Source of the DNA: Cercozoa sp. M6MM | Taxonomy: Eukaryota; Protista; Endomyxa: Ascetosporea | Assembly: GCA_040357565.1 (NCBI GenBank) | Contig: JBDODJ010000018.1 | Length of the DNA stretch: 64,000 bases | Strand: one strand, 5' to 3' | Shown here: piece after piece, positions 51,160 to 64,000 of the stretch | Layout of the letters: every line of letters begins with the position of its first letter | Numbering within the stretch: the first letter of the stretch is position 1 | Translations under genes and position numbers: made by a program | The notes under the pieces: model-generated | Seen by the model: only the letters and a program-made list of their open reading frames with translations | The model's database searches: none | Told to the model about the DNA's origin: nothing

Positions 51160-51699
51160 ATGGCGTCGGCCTTCGCTGCTCGAGCCTATGACAAATGGCA
51201 AAAGTTCTCCAACGTGGCGCATAAGGTTGCGGTGCTCGGAATGGCAGCCTACTGCTGCGTCGGTATCTGTACGTTCGGCTTTACTTGCCATTTCCCAGCA
51301 CACGTGTGCATACTTTCCTGTTTGCGCAGACCGGTTGGGCAAGCTTGTTTTCGACAAGGGCATTGAGCACTACGAGTTCTTGCAGGAGTTCAACAAGCAG
51401 GTCGAAGAGCGCATGAGGGTAACGGGCGAGACAAAGATTGAAGCCGAGGTACCGAGTTGATGCATTGTCCTTATGTCTGTGTGTCTACCTGTGATCTGTG
51501 TGTCTACCTGTGATTCGTGTGTCTCCAGATGTCGCTTCGCGAGGAGATGTTCCTCACAGGCGCGCAAAAGGTTCCAAACATCAAGAAGACCCTCGAAGCT
51601 ATCGAGCAGGAGAAGGATCGCCAGCAAGTGCTTAACGCCGACGATGTGCTCCGCGATATCGAACTGCTCGAAGCCACCACCGATGCGCAACCGCAGTGA
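51160..51699 (+). CDS. small single-TM protein, possibly COX14-like
   Basis: Three exons. KFSNVAHKVAVLGMAAYCCV resembles the COX14 D..HR..V..L TM block and is followed by a charged coiled region. Confidence 0.5.
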
Positions 51700-52016
51700 G
51701 TTCGGTGGACAGAGGGAGTCCGTCGAATCAACGACGAGATTTAGTTTCAGTTTTTACTTTGTGCCAAATTTACGGCGCCGGGGTCGCCTTTTGTTCCCTG
51801 CGCTGAGCGTGACATAGAAGAGAAGGGACAGTTTCACGGTTGAAAGAAAAAAATAAGAAAACTGAAGCACAGCCGTGGCCACTCACTTCCCGCACATTAG
51901 TATTCACCCACGTCTAGTTAGGTTGTGCAGCGCAGTAGGCTTTCGTGGAAGAACATTGGCGTGTGAGGAGCTTGGAGTCTAGGGCGGTCAGGTGGGCGCC
52001 CCCGTTCCCCAGCTGG

Positions 52017-52524
52017 CTACTCGGGTTTGGCGCTGTCGCTGCTACCCTTGTCCTTGCCCACGCTGCTGCGCTTAGGCAGCTGCGGCGTTTCAGGCGTGCC
52101 ACTAAACAAATACACACACAGCACGGTAAGTGAAGTTAAACAGGGATACAAAAAATGACAGTGGTACGCAAGGTGGTTGGCGGCCTTCTTCATATCGTTG
52201 GTGATGTCGTTCTTCATCGAAGAAAACTCGCTGCGCAGATCGGCGAGAAGGCCTAAAAGGAGAACACGCGTATTGTGGCGCGGTGCAAAGGCAGTCCAAC
52301 GTACCGCCAGCTGGTGACTGGACAGCCTCCTTGGCAACGTTCGCCCTGGCAGCCGTGGCACCGGCAGCGGCCTTTGCGGCCGTCTCAGACGCATGCTCGA
52401 CCAAGCCGTGCGTCGACTCAACAGCTCGCTGCATGAACCGCGACTTGATCAGCGCAGGCAAAATCACCTCGTCCGCCATCTGCTTCATGATCCGCCGAAA
52501 CAGCTGTCCACCGAAACCCGACAT
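52017..52524 (-). CDS. small conserved protein, NCBP2-AS2-like family
   Basis: Three exons. LFRRIMKQMADEVILPALIKSRFMQRAVEST resembles the F.R....ANE.IV..LA.S..FQR.A..T block of this family. Confidence 0.55.
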
Positions 52525-53017
52525 GTCGCCGCTCTATATATGAATCGCTGGATCCTTCGAAAAAACTCGCTTGGTCGCTACGCGTGCTCTCGATCGCTCC
52601 CGTCGAACTGGCGAGCGCTGCAACAACACAAGCTGCCGTACGCGTGCAAAATGTCACAAGTCGAGGACTAGAGCGCTCAAAAATGCGGACACAAGATATC
52701 GGCTCATAATGGCTCCGGCTCATACGATCGGCGATTGCGGGGTAACACGCACCAAGCCATCAGTGTGTGCTGGAGTCGTGCGAAGCTATCCGTGCCAATT
52801 GGTGAGCACACAGGCGAGCGTCGTGCCAAATCTTCCATACAGAATTTCTTTCCCCAGCAAGACAGCACTCGGTTGGTGTTTGCAAGGACAGATGTGCTGA
52901 ATTAGCGCATCACACTCAAAAACAACAGTCTGACAACTTCGTCGCTTTTTGCCAAGTTCGACTAGGTGATACAGGACGCGGCTATCCCACCGCGGAAGGT
53001 TAAACGCCAGGTGTGAC

Positions 53018-64000
<10,983 letters not shown>

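Overview
Gene-dense genomic DNA from an intron-rich eukaryotic microbe (protist; lineage cannot be fixed from sequence alone), not a prokaryote. Most ORFs in the supplied track are exon fragments or microsatellite artefacts. Splicing the mostly ~50-100 nt GT-AG introns by hand gives about 24 genes in the standard code. In order: an F-box/Cys-rich/actin-fold fusion, a YbaK-type editing protein, a divergent His-rich CDF-like transporter fragment, a TBC RabGAP fragment, a DOCK-C/D GEF, CEP131, an F-BAR-RGS fusion, a multi-NDK/Dpy-30 protein, a monoacylglycerol lipase-like hydrolase, RNF141, D-amino acid oxidase, a divergent cyclin, a bacterial-type glucokinase with a C-terminal membrane tail, CYP51 (21 introns), a 6TM K+ channel with a degenerate cNMP-binding domain, two small conserved proteins, and a giant TPR/ankyrin gene running off the window; several hypotheticals lie in between. 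There are four N gaps, and at least two hide gene boundaries. No rRNA, tRNA, CRISPR array or transposon was recognised. The best novelty candidates are the two domain fusions and a non-coding grammar: relaxed GTRY donors, sense-strand TACCC-rich introns, a strand-oriented AACTAACT motif after stop codons, and GTAC palindrome clusters in intergenic DNA. All family calls come from remembered motifs, not database searches, and exon boundaries are manual.
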